A stretch of 64,000 nt of DNA from contig CM035362.1 in assembly GCA_020137815.1 (NCBI GenBank), positions 3,038,001-3,102,000 on the forward strand. The letters run 5' to 3'. This document shows, piece after piece, positions 1-25,197 of this stretch. Positions within the stretch are counted from its first letter, which is position 1. The number at the start of each line of letters is the position of its first letter. The translations under genes were made by a program, and so were the position numbers. This DNA comes from Hormiphora californensis. Its lineage: Eukaryota > Animalia > Ctenophora. Below the pieces are notes generated by a model, which had not been told where the DNA came from, did no database searches, and was given only the letters and a program-made list of their open reading frames with translations.

Positions 1-784
1 CTAACACAACAGCCTGAAAACGGTGAATGGTGAAGAAATAAATTGTAGTTGGGGGGGGGGGTGGCTAGGGGGGTGGTTTAGGGGGGGTTGGGGGGGTAAA
101 CACTCCTAGAAAATGGTTAGAAACATTGATTAGTGACGTAAAGGGAGGGGGAAATGCTCCGAGAAGGGGAATGGTTATTAAATGTTTTACAACCAGGGAG
201 ACGGAGGACGAGAGGAGAGGGAGAGCAGAGAGAAGAGAGAGAGGAGAGACTGTTTGTCACGATCTTCGCTCGAGATCGCGTGCTCTGCTCTCGTCTTCGT
301 CTCGCAGCTCTCTCTTCGCTCGCGCCCGCTCTCTCTTCGTCGCTCCCCTCTCCTACTCTCGTCTCGTTCATCGCTCTCTGCTCTCTCTCTCCTTCTCATC
401 TCTCTCGCCGTCTCTCTCTCTCTCTCCTTCTCTCTTCTCTTGCCTCCTCTCTCTCCTCTCTTCTCTCTGCTCTCTGGGATTCTCGTGTCTCGTGTATGAA
501 CTAGTAATATGTCGTGTGACGTGGTCACTTTACCAAATGAGTGTAATGTAAGAGTGTGGCAGTGGTGTCGCATATTACACATTATATTGCAAAAATGAGG
601 CACAAATGTAACATTACATAAAGGTGAATTGTGAAACATATAAGAACGAAGAATGAAATTGAATTGGGCATAATATACAATGTAGAAAAGGGGTGGTGGA
701 GATATATTTTCTCATTACTTTCAGGAAAATGGGGAAGTACACACACAAAGTAAACACGCAGCACCGTGCATTCAATAACAGCTG

Positions 785-854
<70 letters not shown>

Positions 855-1062
855 GATAGAGAGAGAAGGAAAGAGAGAATGTACACGCATACATACACAC
901 AGTCGGACAAAGGGACTCACAGGAGAAACCCACCCAGCACATTATCGTTGCATCATTATTCATTATCCTCCCTGATGCAGTACTAGAGCTAGGAAAGGGT
1001 AGTAGATCGAGGACTTACTAATAACTAATTTGTGTGCTTGGGCGGGGGGAGAAGGATAATGC

Positions 1063-1122
<60 letters not shown>

Positions 1123-1287
1123 AACATGAACGTGGGAGCCGGAGCCTCCCTCTGGGAGAAACCATGTTGCCAACATGATGTTGGGGAGCATTTAAAGTAT
1201 GATTCTCAAGGCGATATATAACGAGCGTTGTTCACGAAATGTACATATAAATTACCAAATAACCATGAAATAATCACATCAATTTAC

Positions 1288-2749
1288 CATGGTATGTAGG
1301 AGTGTAGAAAGAGCCTCAATATCAACTGCACTCCACAGAAAGACAAACAGAACCACCCCAACAGCAATATCAACCACCCTGTTTAGAAGGGGCATCCGGG
1401 GGAACACTTGACTTCTAAACCAACCTAAAATCAGCGGGTGTTAAAATTGAAACGATTGGTTTATATATAACCTCGACCAAAACGCGGAGTTTTTACGTCA
1501 GCCGACCCGAAACCGGATTAAATTTGGCCACCCGCTTGTCTCAGGGCCTCAAAATATGTCAAAATATATTTAAATTATCATTTGGGGTCATTTAGACCTT
1601 TTAATTACATGTAATTACCCTTTAATTACATGTAATTACCCTTTAATTACATGTAATTACTTCCAATTACATTCCAATTACTTCAGCACCTCGAGAGCTT
1701 TCGAACGCACCCTAGAACACCTTTCTACTCCTTCCAATTGCTCCAAATACGTCAAAGTATGTTTAAATTATCATTCTGGGTCATTTAGACCTTTTAATTA
1801 CATGTAATTACCCTTTAATTACATGTAATTACATTTTAATTACATGTAATTACTTCCAATTACATTCCAATTACTTCAGTACCTCGAGAGCTTTCGAACG
1901 CACCCTAGAACACCTTTCTACTCCTTCTAATTGCCGAGTTCTGTATACCCCTTATTTTGACTGTTTTTCGCGTCCTACCCCTTATAGGTTTGGGTTTGGC
2001 CATCGCCACACCCCCTATACGTCGCGGGACCTCGAGACCTTTCCAACGAGCCATAGAACACCTCTCTACTACTTCAGGGGGCTTCAAAACTTTCACTCTA
2101 AAAATATCTATGGTTTTATGGTTTTATGGTTATGGTTATGGTTATGGTTTTTTTTTCATCTGGTATTAAGGGCCTGTCGGCTCGGCCCCGTTGTTTTAGT
2201 TTTAGGGGGGATGTTTTAGGGGGGATGGGTTGAGTTTGGGTTATATTCGGGTCGGGGGGCCTTGCCAGGCCCCGAATGTGGAATTTGAAATCCAAATAAG
2301 GGATTTAACATACCAAATAAGGGATGTAACATACCAAATAAGGAATCATTCTGCTTGGAAAACCCTTCTTCTTTTTCTCCGTTCTCTTCATCATTTTCCC
2401 GAGTAACAGACAGCCCATCTAGATATTTCTCCCTCAATATTTGGGCCACTTTATCGTTACAACAGACAAACACACATTGCCCCGAGGACACCTCTACCAT
2501 CTGCAGCAGGGCAGGTGGTTAATAACCATTGGTTATACAGGGTGTTTTCGGGGGTGGGGGCAGCTCTACCATCTGGCTGGGTAGGTGGTTATACGGGGTG
2601 TTTTACAGTGATCAAACCACCTTCCAATTAGGTATTGGGGCATACATAAGGTGTTGGGTCGGGGAATACAAACAACATCCCAACAAGGGCGCCAGTCGCC
2701 ACCCAACTACCACGTAGGGAATACAACTAGGACAGGTCTGAGGTCCATC
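1288..2749 (-). CDS. Fragments of an unidentified multi-exon gene continuing toward the window start, possibly a membrane protein
   Basis: Putative exons are bounded by YAG/GT: ~2749-2622 (MDLRPVLVVF..., needs several indel corrections), 2500-~2335 (MVEVSSGQCVFVCCNDKVAQILREKYLDG...) and ~1379-1289 (VVDIAVGVVLFVFLWSAVDIEALSTLLHTM). No family recognised. Confidence 0.3.
1410..2200 (+). mobile_element. Possible Helitron-like non-autonomous element with an internal ~200-bp tandem duplication rich in AATTACATGTAATT palindromes
   Basis: Segment ~1560-1735 is repeated at ~1755-1930. A GC-rich stem-loop (gggcctgtcggctcggccc, ~2170-2188) followed by ..ttagt resembles a Helitron 3' end. Boundaries are approximate. 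Confidence 0.35.
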
Positions 2750-2943
2750 AGGATTATTGATGGTAGCTCTGTTAAGTTGAATGTAGGGAAACTTTGGTTT
2801 TGGGGTTGAGACACGTATAATTTAGTTTCAATTTCTTCAAAACACGATATGTTTTTTTCTCAATTAATTCCAGTAATTATACTGAACATAACACGAAAGT
2901 CAAAACATAATTTACTCAAAAGATAAACATATTCAATCCCCCT

Positions 2944-3450
2944 TCAATCACCATCTTTATCGCCCTGATCCACTGCATCTCTAACCAACTTCAAATCACT
3001 GACATCCATCATCTCCTCGCTCTCTAACCTCCTCACCTCCTCCCCCTTCCTCCTCAACAAATCCACCACATTGACAGTCTTATCCTCGAACCAACCTAAG
3101 TTATCCGCAATAAGATGTATGTTGTCGCACCCATCACATCTAATCAGGACAACTCCAGTTTCGTAACTTTTCCTGTTCATCGTTTTAGCTTGGCGTGTTT
3201 TGCAGATGTTACAGGTGAACACCATTGAAAGAGCAGGCTTTATTTTTCCCAGAGTTGGGGAGGAGGAAGAGGAAGATAGTTGGTATCGAGACATCACGGA
3301 AGAATGAAACGAGTTTCCACAACCGGGTACAAGTAGAAAACGGTTTCCAAAACATGCTGTTCTTGGTAAAAGTGAGGAGTTTCCCAAACTAGGTGTTCGT
3401 GTCAAAGAAACAAGTGTCCTACACTGACTGAACGCTGCTCTCCCCGCCAT
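2944..3450 (-). CDS. DNLZ: DNL-type zinc finger protein (Zim17/Hep1, mitochondrial Hsp70 escort protein)
   Basis: Single exon with the motif FTCNICKTR...SYETGVVLIRCDGCDNIHLIADNLGWF. The Arg/Ser-rich, acid-free N-terminus (MAGRAAFSQCRTLVSLTRT...) is typical of a mitochondrial presequence. An alternative in-frame ATG lies at 3474. Confidence 0.93.
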   Translation of the reverse strand: MAGRAAFSQCRTLVSLTRTPSLGNSSLLPRTACFGNRFLLVPGCGNSFHSSVMSRYQLSSSSSSPTLGKIKPALSMVFTCNICKTRQAKTMNRKSYETGVVLIRCDGCDNIHLIADNLGWFEDKTVNVVDLLRRKGEEVRRLESEEMMDVSDLKLVRDAVDQGDKDGD

Positions 3451-3451
3451 T

Positions 3452-3766
3452 CTAGTACACGTGAACAAGGCCATAGAGAAAAGTCCAAAAGAGGATAAAT
3501 GTAGAAATTCCACCCGCTACTCCTGCAGTCCAAATGTCCCAGCCGGATAAAAAGTAGCGTTGACTGTTGAAATTTGCCTTTCCTACAAGTAGAACTGACA
3601 TGAGCAGGGATGAGAAGAGATAGAAGAAAAAGCCGTGAAAACCGTAAAGGCCAAGGACACCGGCTACCGCACCGGATACCGCAGAAAGGGCAGTTCTGCT
3701 ATAGTGGAGGACTGAAAAGTTACCCTGGAGAGCAACACTACTTAGGGCCTCCTTCTCTTTTTTCAT
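3452..3766 (-). CDS. EMC6: ER membrane protein complex subunit 6 (TMEM93/Rab5ip family), 104 aa
   Basis: MKKEKEALSSVALQGNFSVLHYSRTALSAVSGAVAGVLGLYGFHGFFFY...TFILFWTFLYGLVHVY* matches the EMC6 pattern, including the C-terminal FWTFLYGxVHVY. Confidence 0.93.
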   Translation of the reverse strand: MKKEKEALSSVALQGNFSVLHYSRTALSAVSGAVAGVLGLYGFHGFFFYLFSSLLMSVLLVGKANFNSQRYFLSGWDIWTAGVAGGISTFILFWTFLYGLVHVY

Positions 3767-4339
3767 CGTACTAATATAAAGGGGGTGTAATTGAATGGTG
3801 GGGAGGTAATTTAGGGGGAAATATAGGGGGGGGGTGTAATGTAGGGGGAATATCGGCCCGATAATCGACATGGGGGAGATCTTAAAGAGGCCATTATAGG
3901 GGTAAGAAACTGTAAAACACAAGGAATGTTGCGCATAATACGAGATATACACAAACAAATCAACTCTTTCCTGTCGACAAAGACAGCTAAAACACGTTTT
4001 TACATAAAATCACGGGCCACACACTGCACACAGGAGTAAGGACAACTGTTCGACACATGTATTGAACCAAAATCAAGAATCTCTTTAAACAGACCAGGCA
4101 GATGTTTAGTAATCCCTAGAAAAACGCAGCAATTTGCATAAAACAATTAGTGTCCCATTTTACGATATAATATATTAGTTCCTAACTATAACATACCCAC
4201 TTTACCATGCGATCTATATTAAATGAATACATAATTACGTAATACGTATAGCACCAAAGACATAAATATATTGTCTTTTATAGTCAAAAATCCCAAAAAG
4301 TACCCCTCCTCTCTCATTTTCTCTCTCTTTCTCGTTCTC

Positions 4340-4402
<63 letters not shown>

Positions 4403-4622
4403 ATAGACACACATACGACAAACGAGATACAAAATGATACAAATAAAGAATCTGAATAAACACTCGCAAAAACACGAACTTGAAAAGGGTATGATATATA
4501 ACATCTCGGGCGATAAAATTTAAAAAAAGCATAAATCTAGATTCTAAACTCCGATTTAAAACACCCTAGATGATTCCTTGATCTCCTTTAAAACTATAAA
4601 CTAAACGAATATTATAATGTCC

Positions 4623-5358
<736 letters not shown>

Positions 5359-6035
5359 TTAGGAATGTGTTGTATTATAATACACCCCAAAAGGGCGTGC
5401 GAGAGTTTGGGCCTTCCTAAAATATTCAGAGAAGATGTTAGAGATTTAGGTTTTAGGATTTCGGGGTGGGGGGGGTGGAAAGCAAACAACTTGGTACGAA
5501 AATAATAGAGGGCCAACATAAAAACATCAATAAGTGCATGCAATAAAAACATAAAAATATTTATTTTTCGAGGGTCAGCTCTCAAAAACAAAGCCAGCAT
5601 AAAATATGACAACTAAACAGCAAACTATTGTAGTTGTTACAAAGTCGATACATCCGATAATAAATTACATGCATTTAATAAGTTATATTTCAAGTTTTAA
5701 CACCTTCTGAACTTGTATGACTTGTATAACTTCTGAACGTGTATACATAATAATTGGAGAAATATAAAATAAACAACTAATAGTTAACAATTTGCAATTA
5801 AAAGTTAATTATTAGTTAATTATTGTTTTTTGTTATTTATTGGTTATCATGAAACTGTTCGATCGATATTCGCATTAAATTTATCCCGATAAACAGTCAA
5901 AAAACGTCTGAGTCCTGAGAATTTTAAGCGATCTGTGAAAAAGTAAAAACGGGGGACATGCAATAAAACCGCTGCTCATACCTTTCACACACACACACAC
6001 ACTGCAATGCTGCAGAAGATAAATTGTTCAGCTCT

Positions 6036-7703
6036 CTAATTTTTACCAGCCCCGCCCCAAGATCCTTGCACCCGATTTCCCTTTCTCCGTGGACTTGCCA
6101 CCGCTGCAGCTGCACCTCGTTTCCCTCCCTCTCCCACATTGCCCGATTGTTCAGGATCATCGATAATCTTGGCCTCAACGGTCGGAGGAGTAAGGTCCAC
6201 AATACTAGCCTCCCCCTCAACCATATGCCTCTTCTTGGTACGCAGGGGAGTGAAATATTTCTCAATTCCGTCTCTCCTAAGGTTCTTATTGTCTGGGATA
6301 TGGGGCAGCCAACGGGAAATGTACCGCTGAACCGGAAACTTTACCACACACCCCTTGTAAGATTGGTATCTGATCAGCCCGAAAATGGGCCTTTCACCCC
6401 ATTTTGGGGGATCGTGAACCCCCGCAATGGACCACATGACACCGTTAAACCCATTCGAGTCTGCTCCATCCAAGCTGAATTTATCGTTCAAGTAGATTCC
6501 AATCTCGATTGCATCCTTAGGTGTCGCGGACCACTCCAGGATCTTCTTCGCCCAGTACATCCGCATGTACCCGTGCATTTTTCCACTCTTCACGAGTTGT
6601 AATTGTGCAGCATTCCAGAGGTTGTCATGAGTTTCCGCTTTTTCCCATTGTTCACACGTGTACACCCACTGTCGTTCATCCGAGGCGTGTTTTTCAAGGG
6701 TCTCACGTGCCCAATCCGGAGCTCCATTGATGTTGTCATAGTTTTCGTTGTAGTAGCAATAGTTGTCCGACATTTCATTCCACGTTACCGTTTCATCGAT
6801 AAACTTTTCCACAGACCGGGGGAACTGCTTTTGGTAGTACTTCGCCTCAATGATAACTCTCTGTGCACTAATATGCCCAGCGTGGAGCCAAGGTGACAAA
6901 TCTGAAATGGCGTTCACCGAGGGATCATTTCGTTTTTCCATGTACCTATGGAGGTCGTTTGAGAAGAAGGCATTCATCTGGGCATAACCGTGCTTAGCCC
7001 CTGGTTGGAATAGCTCAATTGGTTTTACTTCCTCATCCACAACGACTGAGTTATGGACCTCCTCCCAATTTATATCATCCGCAGGTTTCTCCGCAGTGAA
7101 GGGGTGCTCAACAACATCGGGAAACTCCGTGAAGTAGGTGTCGAACTTTTTGAAAATCCGGTTCCTCATTTCGAAGGCTCTCCATTCTTCTTTATTGGAT
7201 GCAACCCAACAGGGAACTATGTTGTGGGCATCCACTTGATATAGGACTGCATTTCCCATGGTATTGATTTCTTTACCCAGATCTTTCATGTAACCTCGAT
7301 GTGGGCGAAGGGGACTAAAATCAGCAACCACACAATTGACACCGGTTTTTTCCATGAATCCCAGGATACGTTTGTACATGGGTACGGAATAGGGTTGAAG
7401 AAAATGGAACTGAATGTTGAGTATCTTGCATTGCTCAGAAACGTAACGGAGGCCCTCAATGCTAAAATTAACAGCCCGTCGGGTGGCTTCAGGGGGTCCG
7501 GGATGACTACAATTGATCCCACCCACAACATACAGTGGAACCTCATGTTTCAGGGCCAGGTTCTGAGCGTAGATGACAGCCCAGTTATCCTCCACCCGCT
7601 GATCACGATGCATATAATAGACAACTCCTTTGCATTGTCCGGGTTTAGGTTCCGTGCCAGCCAGTTTCCGGGCCCGGTCGGGAGCAAACTCAGTGTAATC
7701 CAT
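6036..7703 (-). CDS. phr: Class II CPD photolyase (deoxyribodipyrimidine photo-lyase), 555 aa, single exon
   Basis: Class II signatures: YYMHRDQRVEDNWA, VDAHNIVPCW, SDLSPWLHAGHISAQR and LWNAAQLQLVKSGKMHGYMRMYWAKKILEW. Confidence 0.96.
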   Translation of the reverse strand: MDYTEFAPDRARKLAGTEPKPGQCKGVVYYMHRDQRVEDNWAVIYAQNLALKHEVPLYVVGGINCSHPGPPEATRRAVNFSIEGLRYVSEQCKILNIQFHFLQPYSVPMYKRILGFMEKTGVNCVVADFSPLRPHRGYMKDLGKEINTMGNAVLYQVDAHNIVPCWVASNKEEWRAFEMRNRIFKKFDTYFTEFPDVVEHPFTAEKPADDINWEEVHNSVVVDEEVKPIELFQPGAKHGYAQMNAFFSNDLHRYMEKRNDPSVNAISDLSPWLHAGHISAQRVIIEAKYYQKQFPRSVEKFIDETVTWNEMSDNYCYYNENYDNINGAPDWARETLEKHASDERQWVYTCEQWEKAETHDNLWNAAQLQLVKSGKMHGYMRMYWAKKILEWSATPKDAIEIGIYLNDKFSLDGADSNGFNGVMWSIAGVHDPPKWGERPIFGLIRYQSYKGCVVKFPVQRYISRWLPHIPDNKNLRRDGIEKYFTPLRTKKRHMVEGEASIVDLTPPTVEAKIIDDPEQSGNVGEGGKRGAAAAVASPRRKGNRVQGSWGGAGKN

Positions 7704-8039
7704 CGTCCTGAACTTCTAAAATGGGAGATTGTAAAATAGTTTAACCAGTTTTAATTGTAAATGATAGTTTGAAAATTGGACCACGTCACTATCTTACTTT
7801 CAGCTGCGAAAACGGTCGATTGATGATATTCTGGAGAATTTTGTGGCGCAGCTTAATCAGAAACATTGAATGAAACTAATTGTGGTGTTTATTTTAAGGT
7901 TTGATAAACAAAACGAAGGTGATTACGGTCATTCAGGAGTTGATACAGTGGCTCTGGTGGAGCCAAAGTGAGTTCCCTGTGGCCTGTTACGAGGCCTGTG
8001 AGCAAGTTTAAAAATTTACAAACTGAGAAGTTTTTTTAA

Positions 8040-8200
8040 AACTTTTTTTGTCGCAAAATTTCGAGAACTTTTTAGCAATGCGCGCGGCGTGGACGGCCGA
8101 TGGTTTTGAAATATTACCGCGCATTACGTTTTTTGCCATTTTGGCAGCGCAGTTTGTGTTTATTGTGCCGCGCGATAGTAAAAATCAAAATTTAAAAACA
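8040..8200. promoter_or_regulatory. CGCG-rich putative bidirectional promoter between photolyase (-) and glypican (+)
   Basis: Cluster of GCGCGC/CGCG motifs flanked by A/T tracts between two divergent genes. A similar island lies at 45185-45295. Confidence 0.4.
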
Positions 8201-8686
8201 AAATTCAAAAACAAAGTTGAAATTTCAGTTTCAAGTTTCCAAATTTCTGTTTTCTTTTTTGTTCTTAACAGTTTCTCTTTCCAGTTTCTATTTAAACTTG
8301 AAAATTATTTATTTCACGTTCTTCTCATAATATAATAATAAGCTGTAGAGCACAAACTTGAACTATCACATGGTGCATTTTTCGGGACGAGTCGGAGCAC
8401 GGGGGATCCGGCTTCCACCGGTCCGCCCGTGCTGAGAGGCGACCTGATTCCTTTTTTAGTTTGTTTGTTTATAAGGATGTCAAAGGAACCTGGTATACTG
8501 TGTTCTCTCACTCTCTCCCATACCTTTGCGGTATACTTGTCGGTACTTTAAACTTTTTTAGTCTGCAATAAACATTAATTATGGGAACTTTAACTAAAGT
8601 TTGGTTTTCTCCTAGGTCTCATGTTACCGTGCACAAAAGGAAACCCCCTCGGAATACCAACATGACATCAGAAGTAACAGCTCGAA

Positions 8687-22133
<13,447 letters not shown>

Positions 22134-22201
22134 GGGGAGCAGGAGTTTCATTTCAGCGTTTTTAACTACCTAAATGTAAATGGGTCAGAGGCGGTATCTT
22201 G

Positions 22202-22299
<98 letters not shown>

Positions 22300-22714
22300 G
22301 CGAGGGGCGTCACACCTCGACTTACTGGACTCTTCAGGGAAGGGTTTTTGCACTTGTTCGATGTAAAATATTGTTTTATTGAGGGGAATCAGCCCGGTAA
22401 ATGGAGGGTTATATCTTGTTAAGCAATTTGGGGGTTGACTGTTATATATGAAGATCCATTATTATATGTGAAGGAGAGATGATATATGTTGAATAGAAGG
22501 ACTAAAAACTATGTGATACCAGTATGGTTAAGTCCAATTTTTTATTTACGCTTCAAGGGGCCGTGCAATCAATTCGTTGCGTGTGCTAGTATTCGCACGT
22601 GAAAAAGCATTATGATCTATCTCCAGTTACTGATAAGATGACTTGGTCCCGGCCTTGCATTGGAACGGTCTTTCCAACGCAACCGATATCGATTCCATTT
22701 CTTGTTATGTTCTA

Positions 22715-24084
22715 CACGGCGTGCCTGGTGAAACTTTAACACGACCCAGCATTCTACGGGAAACCACCACTTGTACGTGGTAGCTGAGGGTCTACAGAAT
22801 GGCGCTACGGTGCGGAGAAAATCTTTCCAAAGCCCAAAAAAAATTTTTCAACCCTTTTTTGATTTGGGCCAAAATTGGGTATATTAAACGTGGTCCCGAA
22901 AAACTGTAAAATGGTCAAAAGTTGATTTTTTACCATTTTTTGGAGGTTTTTGGCCCCTAAACCATTGAAAACGTTGAGATAGGAATTTGGAACTAGTGCC
23001 AATCGTTAAAATGGTCATTTTTCTACCAAGAACCAAGTTTTCGTGTATATCCGATTTATGGTTAGATTTGGGCAAATTGTTGAAATCTGCCAACTAGGAG
23101 AACCGTAGGGGTCCAGTTAGAGATTTTGCGACCGAAGTTAGTTACAATGGTGCAGGCCCCTGCTGACACTGCTGACACTGCCGCGCGCACCACTCTAGAT
23201 GCAAATCACATCGAAAACCCTGCTAGTCAACGAAGATTTCGCGCGCACAGGGACTCTCCCAGCTTGCGCCAGTTGCAGATTGGAGGCTGGCGCCAGCCTC
23301 CAATCTGCAACTGGAGCGTAACTTGATTTTTCCCTTTTTTATATTTTGGCATTTTTGACAAACTTCTGATTGAAATGGCTAGTCGGGACCATGCTTAAGT
23401 TGTTTATGGGACAATTTTCGACTAAAATCTAAGATTTCATACCAATAACAGATCGTTGATTTATAGAAAATTTAAGTAGGCAAAACGGTCAAAATAAGCA
23501 AGAAAAGTTGTTATTTTGACCGTTTTGCCTACTTAAATTTTCTATAAATCAACGATCTGTTATTGGATTGGTATGAAATCTTAGATTTTAGTCGAAAATT
23601 GTCCCATAAACAACTTAAGCATGGTCCCGACTAGCCATTTCAATCAGAAGTTTGTCAAAAATGCCAAAATATAAAAAAGGGAAAAATCAAGTTACGGTTC
23701 TCCTAGTTGGCAGATTTCAGCAATTTGCCCAAATCTAACCATAAATCGGATATACACGAAAACTTGGTTCTTGGTAGAAAAATGACCATTTTAACGATTG
23801 GCACTAGTTCCAAATTCCTATCTCAACGTTTTCAATGGTTTAGGGGCCAAAAACCTCCAAAAAATGGTAAAAAATCAACTTTTGACCATTTTACAGTTTT
23901 TCGGGACCACGTTTAATATACCCAATTTTGGCCCAAATCAAAAAAGGGTTGAAAAATTTTTTTGGGCTTTGGAAAGATTTTTCCCACACCGTAGCGCCAT
24001 TCTGTAGACCCTCAGCTACCACGTACAAGTGGTGGTTTCCCGTAGAATGCTGGGTCGTGTTAAAGTTTCACCAGGCACGCCGTG
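22715..24084. mobile_element. Non-autonomous foldback DNA transposon, Chapaev-like (CMC group)
   Basis: Termini CACGGCG...CGCCGTG with 4-bp TSD TCTA on both sides. TIRs are ~390 bp (22715-23105 / 23695-24084), and there is an inner ~180-bp-arm palindrome (~23320-23695). Confidence 0.75.
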
Positions 24085-25197
24085 TCTAACCCTCCTTTAC
24101 ATTTGTAAAGCGAAACACAGTCTAGCTAGGCAATCCATATCTCATTGCAGGCATCGAAGAGACAATTATATGTTTACCAGGTGCAAAGAAATTATGTGCA
24201 ACCAGCAACGAATTGAGTATACGGCCTAAGCTGTCGCTTAGATAAATTGAATAATATGGGGAAGTGTGCATTATGGTGTTTTTATTATTGGATCAGAATT
24301 ACAGTTGTTCATTGTTACAGTATTGTGTTAGAATATGGTACATCTGATATAGTGTCTACTTGAAGTTTTGAGACAGGATATTATATGGAATACAGTCGGA
24401 CCCCGATTTACCCCTATTTACCGGGATGCTTGGGGGAAAGGGTTTAGCCCAGTTAAAGGGGTCAAATAATGTTAATTTACTGTTTCGAGGGAAATTCATC
24501 CTCCCGGTAAATCCGGATACCGGTAAATCGGGGTCCAACTGTACGTAGTTTTCCAGTGCCAACACAGTTTGTTTGTTTCTGCATTTCTGGCGTCGTTATA
24601 CCTGAAATCCTAAAATGTAGTAGTACGAAATATGGTCCTGTTTTGGTATTTCATTCAATGTTCATTCGGGCGGAAAAATGAGCTTTTAACCAGAGGGCTG
24701 AAACTCCGGATTCCTCGAATGAGTAGCGTACCAATACCAATATTGTGTCAAAATATCAGAGTGTTGGAAGTTAAGATTTGGGACTTGGGAGATATGAGGC
24801 TCGGCGTACCATACGTTTTTTTTGGCCCAGGCGGTACATAATATGAGATGCATTATTTTGTTTTTTATTACAGCTAAGTTTGATGTTCTGATCTTATCGT
24901 ATACCCCCCGTAATGATTGAGTTTTAATTTGATTGTCATCTGGGACCCGTCACACTAAGGTGCTGTCTGGCGCCTGCACAGACCCCATCTGAGCGCACTG
25001 TTGAGAATTAAATCGGGTCTGGAACCGACAGCTAATATAATAGGGGCTATTTCTTAGCCAATTATAGGCTATCATCAACCATGGTAGGTGGATACTGACC
25101 AGACGAGTGACAGCTATAACACCATCAATTATGACTCGGAGAACTATAATTTGGCAGTGACCGGTCCCAGTATGTAGAATATTCCATGTATATATTC

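Noticed and set aside
117-975. ER/LS-repeat ORFs (also at 4219-4504, 19472-19803 and 22162-22422)
   Set aside because: Translations of (GA/CT)n microsatellites.
3767-3958. 64-aa N-terminal extension of EMC6 in the ORF track
   Set aside because: It begins at a non-ATG codon. EMC6 similarity starts at the ATG at 3766, which is preceded by an acceptor-like ttag.
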